Below the pieces are notes generated by a model. The model was given only the letters and a program-made list of their open reading frames with translations, made no database searches and was not told the DNA's origin. DNA of 64,000 nt from Escherichia phage vB_EcoM_PHB05. Shown one piece after another: positions 36,216 through 46,074 of this stretch; positions within the stretch are counted from its first letter, which is position 1; each line of letters starts with the position of its first letter. Both the position numbers and the translations under genes were made by a program. The stretch lies in the sequence record NC_052652.1. One strand, given 5' to 3'.

Positions 36216-38011
36216 AAATGTTTCTCCCTTTCTAGTACCTCTTGCATTTTACCTTTATTATAAGGGCGAGAGTTAGGAGCAGAAAGGTATCCTGACACTC
36301 TTCTGATCACAGATATGGATTCTTCTTCATGATTACCGCAACTTGGACACTCGAAGCCTTTAGCCGTTGCTTTAAATTCACCATGAAAACCACATTTGAA
36401 ACACTGATCTACAGGTTGGTTCACGCCAAAATAAGGAATTTTATTGTAGGCATAATCTACAAGAGTTTCCAGTGCTTGCAAGTTATTTTTAAGGTTTGGT
36501 GTTTCTACATAACCTATGTTCCCACCATTGCTAATTTGTGCAAAACCTTCCTCATAATCCCACTTTTGGAACGGGGTAGTGTGCATCCATACAGGTTGAT
36601 GGAAAGAGTTTGTCAAGTAGTCACGATCAATAGAGCCAGGATAGCGATCATTTAATGCTTTGGCAAATTTATAGCACAAGGATTCTGCTGGTGTTCCATA
36701 CAAACTAAAAGCTAAACCAGAACGTTCTTTAAATGTGCAACAGATATCCTTCATATATTGAAGGATGTTTTTACCCATTGCTTTTGGATTGGTGTTATTT
36801 GGGTATAAAATCTCCATAGCTTCTGCTAAACCTACATAACCGATACTAATAGAGGCATAACCACCTTCAAATAGTTTACCAATCTCTTCATTAGCTTCTA
36901 GTCGAGCTAAAGCCCCTTCCATAAACAATGTAGGGTTTTGAGATGCTTTGGTATGTCTAATACGGTTAACACGTAGCATATGCGCCTTATACGCCATCTC
37001 CATATGTTGTTCCAACAGTTCAGTAAATAAGATGCCCTTTTCACGGGACTCTGCTGCAATGATAGGTAAATTTAAAGAAACTACGCCTAAGTTGAAACGA
37101 CCATCATATTTTTCACCTTGCTCTGTTGCGTAGTATGACAAGAAACTACGGCAACCCATGCTTGTGACGCGACCATCTGAAGATCCTGTAACTTCTTTGT
37201 TTAAAGGTACAGAAATAAAATCAGGATAAATGCGTTCAGCACAACACTCCATTGCCAGTTGCTTCAAATCATAGTTTGGATCGCCAGCTTTCATGTTAAC
37301 ACCATCTTCCAAGAAGAAGATAACTTTAGGGAACACAGGAGTTACCCTATCTTTTCCTAAGCCTTGTTTGTGCACCATTAGGTAGTTTTTAGCGATCATT
37401 CTACCAAAAGCAGAGGTATCCAAGCCTAAACTAATTGTTATAAAAGGTGACTGACCATTTACACTCATTAGGGTGTTCACCTGGTAGATTAAAGTTTGCA
37501 TTGCATCATAAACCTGTTTATCTACCATACGCATAGCAATATCATAATCACCAACGTCAGCATAGATTTTATTAAAACTTGCTTTAACGTATTGACTAAG
37601 CCCAGTATCAATATGTGCACAAGTTTGTCCACCATATTGGCTAGAAGCTACTGCTTGAATAATTTGAGTTAGAACAGTAGTTGCTACACCGATAGATTTT
37701 GGTTTTTCAATATGTGCATTACCAATACGGAAACCGTTCTCAAGCATATCTTGGTAATTTACCAGGCAACAATTAGTTAAAGGTGAGAGTAAATAATCTA
37801 AATCGTGAATGTGACCATACCCGCTTTTATGCCATTCTGCTAGATCTTCCGGTAAAATATGGGTCATTGCCATGTGCTTGCTCAGGATACCTGCTAGTAA
37901 GTCTCGGTGAGTATTAACAATCATTGCAGGTTTGTTTGCATTTTCACGAGTAAATTCTTCGGATGTTTGTTCGAGGAATCCGATTACATCCTCATATAGT
38001 TTTTGGGTCAT
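36212..38011 (-). CDS. nrdD: Anaerobic ribonucleoside-triphosphate reductase (class III RNR)
   Basis: C-terminal Zn ribbon CFKCG...CPSCG and glycyl-radical motif RVSGYL; 599 aa. Confidence 0.85.
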   Translation of the reverse strand: MTQKLYEDVIGFLEQTSEEFTRENANKPAMIVNTHRDLLAGILSKHMAMTHILPEDLAEWHKSGYGHIHDLDYLLSPLTNCCLVNYQDMLENGFRIGNAHIEKPKSIGVATTVLTQIIQAVASSQYGGQTCAHIDTGLSQYVKASFNKIYADVGDYDIAMRMVDKQVYDAMQTLIYQVNTLMSVNGQSPFITISLGLDTSAFGRMIAKNYLMVHKQGLGKDRVTPVFPKVIFFLEDGVNMKAGDPNYDLKQLAMECCAERIYPDFISVPLNKEVTGSSDGRVTSMGCRSFLSYYATEQGEKYDGRFNLGVVSLNLPIIAAESREKGILFTELLEQHMEMAYKAHMLRVNRIRHTKASQNPTLFMEGALARLEANEEIGKLFEGGYASISIGYVGLAEAMEILYPNNTNPKAMGKNILQYMKDICCTFKERSGLAFSLYGTPAESLCYKFAKALNDRYPGSIDRDYLTNSFHQPVWMHTTPFQKWDYEEGFAQISNGGNIGYVETPNLKNNLQALETLVDYAYNKIPYFGVNQPVDQCFKCGFHGEFKATAKGFECPSCGNHEEESISVIRRVSGYLSAPNSRPYNKGKMQEVLEREKHF

Positions 38012-38038
38012 TAATCCTCCGTGGAAAATAAAAGCCAG

Positions 38039-38063
38039 CTTAATGCTGGCTTTAGGGTGGATC
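38039..38063 (-). terminator. Terminator-like hairpin (AAAGCCAGC TTAAT GCTGGCTTT)
   Basis: 9-bp stem upstream of the nrdD start, downstream of the 38101 gene stop. Confidence 0.45.
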
Positions 38064-38100
38064 TTTATTTTAAATCTTTTTCGTAAGATTGTCCTTGATC

Positions 38101-39051
38101 TTAGTCAAGGTTTTTGGTAATACGTGTACAACCATCAGAAGTCAAACCGTCAACTTGAGTTTCCCAAGTACCATGAATATTTCGGAACAATGTTGTTACA
38201 CCTTTTGGTTCATTAATAATGATTGCCATAACAAGTTTAGGATCGATAACAGACATAATCTTTTCCTCAATACCCTCTGTAATAACATTATTGCGCACAA
38301 TATTAATTGCATCTTCTTGTACAGTAAGAACACTTACGTTCTTAAGAGTATATACCTGCTGTGTAGTGTAAATGATACGAACATAACTTACAGAACGAGT
38401 AGGCACAGGTTTACGCGGTCGGCGAAAACGTGGTTTTGGTGAAGATTCAGTTTTACTTTCATCTTTTGAATAATACTCCTCAAACAGTTTAGTAAATGTT
38501 TTTACATCAACTACAAACCGATCTTTCCGATATGGAGAATTCTTATGTGCACCATTAATACCACTGTTTTCATCGAAGAAAGTAATGTTTTCTTCAGTTG
38601 AATACATTAGATAATGATCTGCATTTTTCCAATGTGGTTGTGGACAACGAGGATTACAAACGGAAAGCAGATAACTAATATCTTCTTCCGTGGCATCAGT
38701 ATCCAGGAAACACGTATTATGCACAGTCAGTTGTACTTTTTCAGCCATATCTTTTTCTTTATCCTCTTTAGCAAGATATTCAGTACGAATAATCTCCAGA
38801 AAATTTTCAGGTGTTACTTCCATAAATGTATATTCAGGATGAAGTTCCATATATTCAAATCCACAACCATCTAACTGCTGTAGAAAGTTAGGGTAGAAGA
38901 ACAAATCATTAACACTGTGAATCAGATCATTGATTTCTGCTTCAGTTGTGTAACCAAAACTCTTGTGAATTGCTTCGTTAAGAATATGCAGGATACCCAT
39001 CTCTTCTGCTGCTTTTTTAACTTCCAGTTTATTAGCGTAAAATGCAATCAT
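38101..39051 (-). CDS. Hypothetical protein, 316 aa
   Basis: Track ORF; no motif recognised. Confidence 0.4.
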   Translation of the reverse strand: MIAFYANKLEVKKAAEEMGILHILNEAIHKSFGYTTEAEINDLIHSVNDLFFYPNFLQQLDGCGFEYMELHPEYTFMEVTPENFLEIIRTEYLAKEDKEKDMAEKVQLTVHNTCFLDTDATEEDISYLLSVCNPRCPQPHWKNADHYLMYSTEENITFFDENSGINGAHKNSPYRKDRFVVDVKTFTKLFEEYYSKDESKTESSPKPRFRRPRKPVPTRSVSYVRIIYTTQQVYTLKNVSVLTVQEDAINIVRNNVITEGIEEKIMSVIDPKLVMAIIINEPKGVTTLFRNIHGTWETQVDGLTSDGCTRITKNLD

Positions 39052-39068
39052 TATGTTCTCCTTCTAAA

Positions 39069-39503
39069 TTAGTTTAAAATTTCTTTTGCAATGGTAGAAG
39101 CAAGTTTTCCATCATATTGATTCGGATACTCTGCTTTAAGGTGTTTCATCATATCTGGCATTTTCTTGCCTGTCAAGGCAAATTCTTCAGCAATAGCGCG
39201 AAGATCATCTTCAGATAGCATTTCTGGTAAATATTTTTCAAGAGTGGTGATATCACGCATAGCTCGCTCACATTTGCTAATAGAGGCATTAACTTTCTTA
39301 AGCGAGTCTAGTTCCTCTTTAGCGTGTGCAATACCAATCTTAACAATGTTAATCATAATATCGTCTTCTGATTTGTTTAGATTTGCCTTTTGAGTACGAG
39401 CAAGGTCAAACTCACCAATAATATTAGTTAACAAAGCAAAAGCACCCTTATCGGTTGTACGTGCTAAGATACGATCTGCTTTCATTTGTGTCACAATAGA
39501 CAT
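39069..39503 (-). CDS. GatB/YqeY-domain protein, 144 aa
   Basis: C-terminal block LEKYLPEMLSEDDLRAIAEEFALTGKK...DGKLASTIAKEILN matches the YqeY family pattern (EEYLP..LSEEE...GK.V...VK..L). Confidence 0.5.
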   Translation of the reverse strand: MSIVTQMKADRILARTTDKGAFALLTNIIGEFDLARTQKANLNKSEDDIMINIVKIGIAHAKEELDSLKKVNASISKCERAMRDITTLEKYLPEMLSEDDLRAIAEEFALTGKKMPDMMKHLKAEYPNQYDGKLASTIAKEILN

Positions 39504-39515
39504 TCTATTCTCCTT

Positions 39516-40088
39516 TTATTTGCTAATGCTTTGAATGTTATTTACAACACGGTTTATTGCCAGTGAAGCCCTAGGCTCTGCAATACCTGTTGCATAGATA
39601 TAAGGATGACCTCTTGGAGACTCCCTCATACCGAATGAACCTAATTCTAAACCATATTCATCCTCTACGTCAACCCCAATATTAGTGGGTACTAAATATG
39701 TTTTAACTCCATAGTAAGTAGAGAAGAAACAGCGCATAGCGTTAGCATACTCTTCAATTGTAGCATCAGGGTAGAACTCAATCAACTCCAATTTCAAGAA
39801 AATATTAAAATGGGTATCATCTAAATTTTCTTCTGTACGGTAACATGGCGTTAGTGCCATATACGGATTACCTGCTGCAAATTCAAAACCATCCTTCTCC
39901 ATTTGCAGGAAAGATTGTTCTGCACTAGCTACATAGTATTTACCGTTAGGATGCCCTAATGGGCGATCCTCTTTATTTTCTGGTAGTGTGTACGCCAGTA
40001 TATCAGCATCCACGAGATATGGAACTTCCAACATTTGTGCAAACCGACCATAGTAATCAATAGCTTGAGCTATTACTGCAACATTCAT
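39516..40088 (-). CDS. Class II aminoacyl-tRNA-synthetase-like catalytic core (stand-alone amino-acid ligase-like), 190 aa
   Basis: Motif-2-like CYRTEE...THFNIFLKLEL and motif-3-like GMRESPRGHPYIYATGIAEPR; no anticodon-binding domain. Confidence 0.4.
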   Translation of the reverse strand: MNVAVIAQAIDYYGRFAQMLEVPYLVDADILAYTLPENKEDRPLGHPNGKYYVASAEQSFLQMEKDGFEFAAGNPYMALTPCYRTEENLDDTHFNIFLKLELIEFYPDATIEEYANAMRCFFSTYYGVKTYLVPTNIGVDVEDEYGLELGSFGMRESPRGHPYIYATGIAEPRASLAINRVVNNIQSISK

Positions 40089-40336
40089 GATCGACCTCCA
40101 TTGCGGAATGCACGTTTAGTAATGTTTGACATAGTGATCAAATCTTGAAGCGTCATATCAGGAAAATGCTGTTCAAGAACACCTTCAACAGCGCCTACAA
40201 TATCTGATAACTCAATAAGTTGCATCAGCTTGCAATCTTGATCAATAGCATCCTGAAGTTCATAAAGCTCTTCTTGAATCTTAGCAACAGAACCATAGTC
40301 CTCTTTGCTAATCTCCTTCAAATGATACCCTGCCAC
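40085..40336 (-). CDS. MazG/HisE-like all-alpha nucleotide pyrophosphohydrolase, 83 aa
   Basis: Acidic helices IQEELYELQDAI and IELSDIVGAVEGVL resemble the E-x2-E...E-x2-D metal-binding pattern of MazG-like NTP-PPases. Confidence 0.4.
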   Translation of the reverse strand: MAGYHLKEISKEDYGSVAKIQEELYELQDAIDQDCKLMQLIELSDIVGAVEGVLEQHFPDMTLQDLITMSNITKRAFRNGGRS

Positions 40337-40346
40337 TTTAACCCCC

Positions 40347-43121
40347 TTAGTTTACCAGTTTATTTATATCTGGTAAAAGATTTATTTCACCTAAGAAATC
40401 ACCTTCACCTTCCTCTAGCCAACTCTCATATGCTTGTGCATGATTATAGTTACCATCAAAAGAATCTGCAACAAATTTTTCTACAGTTTTTCGAGATGTG
40501 CCAGCGCCAAATACACCAAGTTTAATACCATTGATCGGTAAAGTGGTGCTTGTGGGTACTTTCTCTGTTGCAACACGGTTGATATCTATAATCTCCTGTA
40601 CGGTTGTATTCCATTGTAAGCATTTAACACAACGGGTGTGCGCTACATACAGTAGGTTTCGCTCTGCCTCTTCTAGTCCTACCCATTCACCAGTCTTTTT
40701 ATCATAGTTGGAAGGAAAATCATTAGCAACAATAACCTGATCCCACTCCAAACCTTTAGACTTATGTGCTGTAGTCAGTGTGACTTTTGCTGTAGGAGAA
40801 TTTCTATGCGTTCTAAGTGTATGTGCTATAGTGTTTGCCTTACCAGAAACTACAATGTTTAACAAGCGTTTAGCATCTGGATCAGCCTCTGCACACTCAA
40901 CAAATTCATTCCAGTCTGCGTAAGGTAATACAGTTTCATGTTTTACTTTCTCAATATCTCCTCTCCGAAGAGCATTAACACTATCTACCATAGAGATAAA
41001 ATCCCTGGTATCTACGTTAATAATAATTTCTTCCCCATCTGCAATACGATCCATTGCCTCCATAAGCAAGGTTAAATTCTTGCGAAAGATGATAGTGTAA
41101 GGTTTTGTATAGTCTACAACATCTGATTTGTAGCTACCTACTACAGTATCAAAGCCTTTACCAACCAAAGGATGACGCAAAGGTTCTTTATCACTTAAAA
41201 TCATATTCGCAATGTTTGCCACTTTGGGGCCAAAACGGAAGCAAGCAGTTAATGGAAGCTCTGCCCCATACTTAGCTGTTTCAATCATCATATTAGAGCT
41301 ACCTCTAAATTGATAAATGCAGTTATGGCTAAGAATTTCATTGCCAAAGAAGTTAGCAGTATCCTCTACTTCAATATCATAATAGATACCATCACTATCT
41401 ACAATGTCCACAATTTCTTCTGCCGTTACAGTATCACCATCTTTTACCAACACAGACATGCCTTTAAACAAACCCGCTGCCGGAATTAAATTATATTTGG
41501 CAGTGTTCACAGAGGACATGCATTCTTTTAAAGATGCAAACGGAACTATTTCAAGGATCTTTTGTGCAAAACTCAATGCTTCACGATAAGAATTGAAATA
41601 TTTACGTACACGGTAACGACCTTCCAATTTAGCAACACTTACACTTACACCTGCTTCAATGAGTGAAGCATAGATTGGCATTTCACTTTCTGTCCACTCA
41701 AAGCTAACTTGTGTTCCTTTACAACCTTGTGCTCGCAAAGTCACTGTTAACATTTTTCTTGCATCTACTGTACAATTGATGCTGTGCCAATGTGGATAAG
41801 CAAAATGATAATCTTTATCCTCTAAAAGTTTAAAACCATTTTGTCCGAATTGTTCAAAGATATTGTTGATCCTTTCTTGATTAATACCGCGTGAACTTGC
41901 CTCAAATACACAAGTAGGAATGCCATATTGTAAACTGTATGCCATTTCTTTTTCCATAGCAGCTTCACGGTTTTCAACAATATCCAACACCCACAACTTC
42001 TGTGCTTTTTCAGAACGTGTACGTTGCCCCAGTTTAGAAAAACCTTCTTTATCATCGAATTTGTTAGTGATCCCTACTCGGAAACCTAAATCTTTTCTCC
42101 ACATTAGGTATACCACCATCTGATCATCTTTCAGAACATAAGGTGAAGCCCAAATACGATGGTTATGTGTCATATCTAAAGTCTTACCTTTAGCAGTAAT
42201 AATATTCCTACCTTTTGTACGTGTAGATAAAGTTTTATTTGTTACTTTTCTAAATGTAACTTTACCGTTAGAATAAGACTCTACCTTATCACCGATTTGC
42301 AGGTCTTTCATTGTAACCTGACCATTTTCGGTATTAAGTACCGTGTTTTCTGACACACATTGGAATTCATCACCAACTACCACAATTTGTTTGGCAGATT
42401 TAGCATTCCGCAGAATAGACAAGAATGCAGGGTTAACATCCTGGAATTCATCCCCAAAAATAATGTCATAACCAAGATCAGCACCAGACAATTCAAACAA
42501 TTTTACATAGGTGTCATGCGTCATCAAAGTATCTGTGTTAGGGTCAATGCGCTCTCGCCACAATTGTTTTGCATACTTAACTACTTCTGTAATTAGTTTG
42601 TGTTCGTTAATACCTTTTCTTTTAATATCTGCAAGATGTACACTAGGAAAATGTTTACGGCTGATAAAAGGATCATCCGAAAATTCAAACTTACCTACGG
42701 TTTGCTTGATCATTAAACCAATCATAGCACGAGTTAAAAGTGTTTTCCCTCGTTTATCAATAAGATTATTAATCTTAAATTTCTTTGCTATCTCACTACC
42801 TGTACCTGCAACGTTAACATACTGTCCTTCTGGTCGTGACAGTTTTGCACGTAAACGATGATCCAGGAATTGATAGCAAATGGAATGCAATGTACGGCAT
42901 TCTACATTTGGTGGCATCTTACGCCGTGCTTCTTCTGCCATGCTTTTATTGAAAGCTAAGTAAAGAATGCGATCTTCTGTACTGTTAGCCAGCAAATAAA
43001 GTGTTGACGTTTTTCCTGATCCAGATTTAGCTTGGATAGTTAAAAACCGATGATCTGGAAAAGCCTCCTTAATAGCTGTTTGCTCTTCTGTTGGAGTAAA
43101 ACTCAACTCTTTCTTAGCCAT
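40347..43121 (-). CDS. UvrD/PcrA-like SF1 DNA helicase precursor containing an intein in motif III, 924 aa from Met-14
   Basis: Walker A AKSGSGKT, motif II IIFGDEFQD, motif III split as VVVGDEFQ | intein | CIYQFRGSS; start at internal ATG to avoid overlap. Confidence 0.75.
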   Translation of the reverse strand: MAKKELSFTPTEEQTAIKEAFPDHRFLTIQAKSGSGKTSTLYLLANSTEDRILYLAFNKSMAEEARRKMPPNVECRTLHSICYQFLDHRLRAKLSRPEGQYVNVAGTGSEIAKKFKINNLIDKRGKTLLTRAMIGLMIKQTVGKFEFSDDPFISRKHFPSVHLADIKRKGINEHKLITEVVKYAKQLWRERIDPNTDTLMTHDTYVKLFELSGADLGYDIIFGDEFQDVNPAFLSILRNAKSAKQIVVVGDEFQCVSENTVLNTENGQVTMKDLQIGDKVESYSNGKVTFRKVTNKTLSTRTKGRNIITAKGKTLDMTHNHRIWASPYVLKDDQMVVYLMWRKDLGFRVGITNKFDDKEGFSKLGQRTRSEKAQKLWVLDIVENREAAMEKEMAYSLQYGIPTCVFEASSRGINQERINNIFEQFGQNGFKLLEDKDYHFAYPHWHSINCTVDARKMLTVTLRAQGCKGTQVSFEWTESEMPIYASLIEAGVSVSVAKLEGRYRVRKYFNSYREALSFAQKILEIVPFASLKECMSSVNTAKYNLIPAAGLFKGMSVLVKDGDTVTAEEIVDIVDSDGIYYDIEVEDTANFFGNEILSHNCIYQFRGSSNMMIETAKYGAELPLTACFRFGPKVANIANMILSDKEPLRHPLVGKGFDTVVGSYKSDVVDYTKPYTIIFRKNLTLLMEAMDRIADGEEIIINVDTRDFISMVDSVNALRRGDIEKVKHETVLPYADWNEFVECAEADPDAKRLLNIVVSGKANTIAHTLRTHRNSPTAKVTLTTAHKSKGLEWDQVIVANDFPSNYDKKTGEWVGLEEAERNLLYVAHTRCVKCLQWNTTVQEIIDINRVATEKVPTSTTLPINGIKLGVFGAGTSRKTVEKFVADSFDGNYNHAQAYESWLEEGEGDFLGEINLLPDINKLVN
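41322..42359 (-). mobile_element. Intein (about 346 aa) inserted in helicase motif III, with probable endonuclease-sized insert
   Basis: Begins with Cys (CVSENTVL), block B MTHNHRI, C-terminal block GIYYDIEVEDTANFFGNEILSHN followed by +1 Cys; flanking exteins rejoin into a canonical motif III. Confidence 0.7.
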
Positions 43122-43122
43122 T

Positions 43123-43599
43123 TCAACCTCTCTTAATTTGTTTAACAAGCATAGGAACAAAATCTCGTTTTAAAATTTGTTCAATAATATGATCAGGTAG
43201 CTGTTGGAAATTATAATTAAACGCTACTGTCTCACCTTTAGGTGTTTCTACCCGCACATATAGCATGTTACGAAGTTTATCCACTTGTGCTGTATATTCT
43301 AAACCACGTAATTGATGCATTGCAAACATCAAATCCTCAGTTTCAGTTTGGAATCTATCCCTTGTTTGCATCAAGGATAAGGCAAAAGGTAGATTTTCCC
43401 TAAGAGCCACCTTCTTAGGCACTAGTGAAGGGAAATACTCCCCAATAACTTCCTGTGTAAGCTGAATACACTCTTTTTCAAGCTGGTTTTGTTCCTTGAG
43501 TTCACAAACACTTTTTTGTAAAGTGTTAACCTCTTTTTGCAAAGCTGCTAGTTGAGCACTTAACTTTCTTTTTTGATTACGACCGAAACGTTTAGACAT
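43123..43599 (-). CDS. Hypothetical protein, 158 aa
   Basis: Track ORF; coiled-coil N-terminus. Confidence 0.4.
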   Translation of the reverse strand: MSKRFGRNQKRKLSAQLAALQKEVNTLQKSVCELKEQNQLEKECIQLTQEVIGEYFPSLVPKKVALRENLPFALSLMQTRDRFQTETEDLMFAMHQLRGLEYTAQVDKLRNMLYVRVETPKGETVAFNYNFQQLPDHIIEQILKRDFVPMLVKQIKRG

Positions 43600-43607
43600 A
43601 TTTCCCC

Positions 43608-44123
43608 CTAGTAAAACCCCTTAACAATTTGTATTAACTCGGCACAACGGTTGACCAACTTTTCATCGTACAATACACGTTGTGGCATATGTTGTATAAT
43701 ATACTCCATTTGCTCATGCCATGTCCACTTTTCTTTTTTGTCCGGGATAACATCACTAGCACGAGAATTATCTTTTAATGTTTGTATAATCCAATTGCTT
43801 GGAAAGTGCTCTCCACCTTTCTTAAATGGTTTATAGTGGCCTAGAGTGAATTGAGAATCCCCTGTTAGAGCACCCAATTTATTTAGATGGATAATCAAAC
43901 TACGAAACACATAATATTCATAGATGTTATCCACCGTATAGCAAGCATAATATTTCAAGATGCCCTTATCTCGCGGATACTTACCAACATCCAGATTACA
44001 CCAGTTGACATTTTCTGGATCATAGTGGTGTTCCTTAAGCCATATTTCTCTTTCATCAAAGTCTGGATATATTACCGCCCTGCTTACAGAGTCAACAAGT
44101 GGAGATTGAGCATCAAAAAACAT
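43608..44123 (-). CDS. Hypothetical protein, 171 aa
   Basis: Track ORF. Confidence 0.4.
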   Translation of the reverse strand: MFFDAQSPLVDSVSRAVIYPDFDEREIWLKEHHYDPENVNWCNLDVGKYPRDKGILKYYACYTVDNIYEYYVFRSLIIHLNKLGALTGDSQFTLGHYKPFKKGGEHFPSNWIIQTLKDNSRASDVIPDKKEKWTWHEQMEYIIQHMPQRVLYDEKLVNRCAELIQIVKGFY

Positions 44124-44145
44124 TATATTTTTCCTTATTGGTTTA

Positions 44146-44511
44146 TTAAACGTTTTCTAAATCTTTTAAGGCATTACCCAACGTTAGAACAATAACATCG
44201 TTTGCTGCCTCTTCCCCATTGATATTGGTGAAATTTGGTGTGACAAAAGTAACCATATAAAACTCGTCCACCTGGAAGACAGCAATAACACCGTCCATCT
44301 TAACATCTTGACGAAAGGAAAAACCAAGCATCTTCTCTTGCAAAGGCATATCCCCTTCCTTCATTACTGCCAGGGAGTTTTCAGGAATGTTATATTTATC
44401 TGCTCCGATGTAGATGTACGTAATGTTATCTTTATCGTGATGATACAGGGTTGCTTTTTCCATATCTAAACCTGACAGATCAAATACGTTAATTTCTTGT
44501 GTAGTCTTCAT
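44146..44511 (-). CDS. Hypothetical protein, 121 aa (internal start with RBS GGAGG)
   Basis: Track ORF 44146..44586 trimmed to the Met at 44511. Confidence 0.35.
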   Translation of the reverse strand: MKTTQEINVFDLSGLDMEKATLYHHDKDNITYIYIGADKYNIPENSLAVMKEGDMPLQEKMLGFSFRQDVKMDGVIAVFQVDEFYMVTFVTPNFTNINGEEAANDVIVLTLGNALKDLENV

Positions 44512-44875
44512 AAATATCCTCCCAAATCCAATAATCATCTGTGTAAGTAGGATGCCTTTTATCCCACTCTGTTCTAGCCCAAGCAACCGCTGCTACCAAC
44601 ACATCACCATGACAAGGTTGAGGTGCGCAGAAGCAAACTAAGTCTTTCCCTTCTAATTCTAACAAATCCTCAAGAGTGATTTTACCACAACGAATTTGTT
44701 CCCACAACCACTCTTTATATCTTTGTATAGTTGACCCTCGTGGTTCATCATCCTTTAACTTAAAAGGATTTGCAAACTTTGAGGCTTTTAACCCCATATG
44801 AGGCATAGCTTTGCCAATGTACACTGCACCTTCAGGTATTACTTTACCTAAGTGGTAAAAATTTAATACTTTCAT
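44489..44875 (-). CDS. DUF4326-like protein, 128 aa
   Basis: Motif GKDLVCFCAPQPCHGDVL (C-x-C-x-P-x2-CH) preceded by NPF, characteristic of DUF4326; start at MKVLNFYHLGK. Confidence 0.45.
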   Translation of the reverse strand: MKVLNFYHLGKVIPEGAVYIGKAMPHMGLKASKFANPFKLKDDEPRGSTIQRYKEWLWEQIRCGKITLEDLLELEGKDLVCFCAPQPCHGDVLVAAVAWARTEWDKRHPTYTDDYWIWEDIYEDYTRN

Positions 44876-44876
44876 A

Positions 44877-45227
44877 TTAACCCAAACACATCTGTGCAAT
44901 CAAGCCCTGTATAAATTTATTAGCTTCTTTACTGTCGTAGTCAGTCTCTTCTGGATATCCATCTTCATCGTACACAACTGTACCTTCAATATACCCTGCC
45001 TCAATTAAGGCGCGGATCATATCAAATTGCCAGCATGAGTTACCAAATGGACGTTTACCATTAAAACACTCTTCTTCTCTCCATAACGTAGAGAGTAGTT
45101 GTCGGAAATATTCCCGTACAGTGACAGTACCAAGATCTGAATCCTCAAACATAACATCCAAGGCATCAGGATTGCTTTTCTCTACATAAGGAATATATTT
45201 AACACCATTAATAGTTACATCAAGCAT
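44877..45227 (-). CDS. Hypothetical protein, 116 aa
   Basis: Track ORF. Confidence 0.35.
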   Translation of the reverse strand: MLDVTINGVKYIPYVEKSNPDALDVMFEDSDLGTVTVREYFRQLLSTLWREEECFNGKRPFGNSCWQFDMIRALIEAGYIEGTVVYDEDGYPEETDYDSKEANKFIQGLIAQMCLG

Positions 45228-45590
45228 TTATTTCTCCTTATCATCATATTCTAGGAACATATCTGCACGATATGCTTTACGCTCTTCAAACTTAGCAGGA
45301 TCTACAACAATAAGCAATACAAGGTTAACATCTAAATACTTCTTAACAAATAGAAATAAATCTTTTCCACAGTTAAAACCTACACCAGTATAGGCATCCC
45401 CATATTGATCTACTGATTTAATCTTCTTACTAACCGTACACTCTATGCTATTCTTTTCTTCTTGGTATAAGGCTTTCCCACCCCAATATGTAAAGAATTT
45501 AGTACCGTCAGCACCAAGTTTAAAACCCTCTGTTGCATGTCCAGCAAATGAAAGTAAACATAACCAAGTGATCATCAGGTACTTTAGCAT
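45228..45590 (-). CDS. Putative secreted protein, 120 aa
   Basis: Signal-peptide-like N-terminus MLKYLMITWLCLLSFAGHA at the internal start. Confidence 0.35.
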   Translation of the reverse strand: MLKYLMITWLCLLSFAGHATEGFKLGADGTKFFTYWGGKALYQEEKNSIECTVSKKIKSVDQYGDAYTGVGFNCGKDLFLFVKKYLDVNLVLLIVVDPAKFEERKAYRADMFLEYDDKEK

Positions 45591-45591
45591 T

Positions 45592-46074
45592 TTAACCACC
45601 CAATTGCAAATGTTTAGAAAGAACAATATCCCATTGATCACCACAACCGTTATCTATGCGGAACATAATGTACGTATCATCTTCTTCTACAACATATAAC
45701 ACCTCATAGGAATTACAACAGCCTTCCCAATTTTTAACAGCCTCTGGTGTATCATGTGTAAAAATTTCATTACCATCATATGACCAAAACAAAGGGGTGA
45801 GGTTTTCGAACGTCAGTGAAGTAGGGTTCACTTCATCTTTAACTGCTTCCTCATACTCCTTATGCGTTTGTACTGCTTTAGTTAGTGTACTCATGTCTAT
45901 CTCCTTTTCTCCTTCTTGACTATGGAGGATAGCGAACTCTCTAAACTCCACTTCACGCCATGTTTTCAGGTAGTGCTTTATAATTTTATCAACATCTGCC
46001 TGTTCAACATTACTTTTCAAGCAATAGTAATCATGGTCTTCACCCATTCTACCCCATATGCTATACATTGTCAT
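45592..46074 (-). CDS. Hypothetical protein, 160 aa
   Basis: Track ORF. Confidence 0.4.
   Translation of the reverse strand: MTMYSIWGRMGEDHDYYCLKSNVEQADVDKIIKHYLKTWREVEFREFAILHSQEGEKEIDMSTLTKAVQTHKEYEEAVKDEVNPTSLTFENLTPLFWSYDGNEIFTHDTPEAVKNWEGCCNSYEVLYVVEEDDTYIMFRIDNGCGDQWDIVLSKHLQLGG

Noticed and set aside
40347-43160. Helicase start at the first Met of the track ORF (43160)
   Set aside because: That start overlaps the upstream gene by 38 nt and lacks an RBS; the Met 13 codons downstream (43121) directly follows the upstream stop and begins the conserved N-terminus
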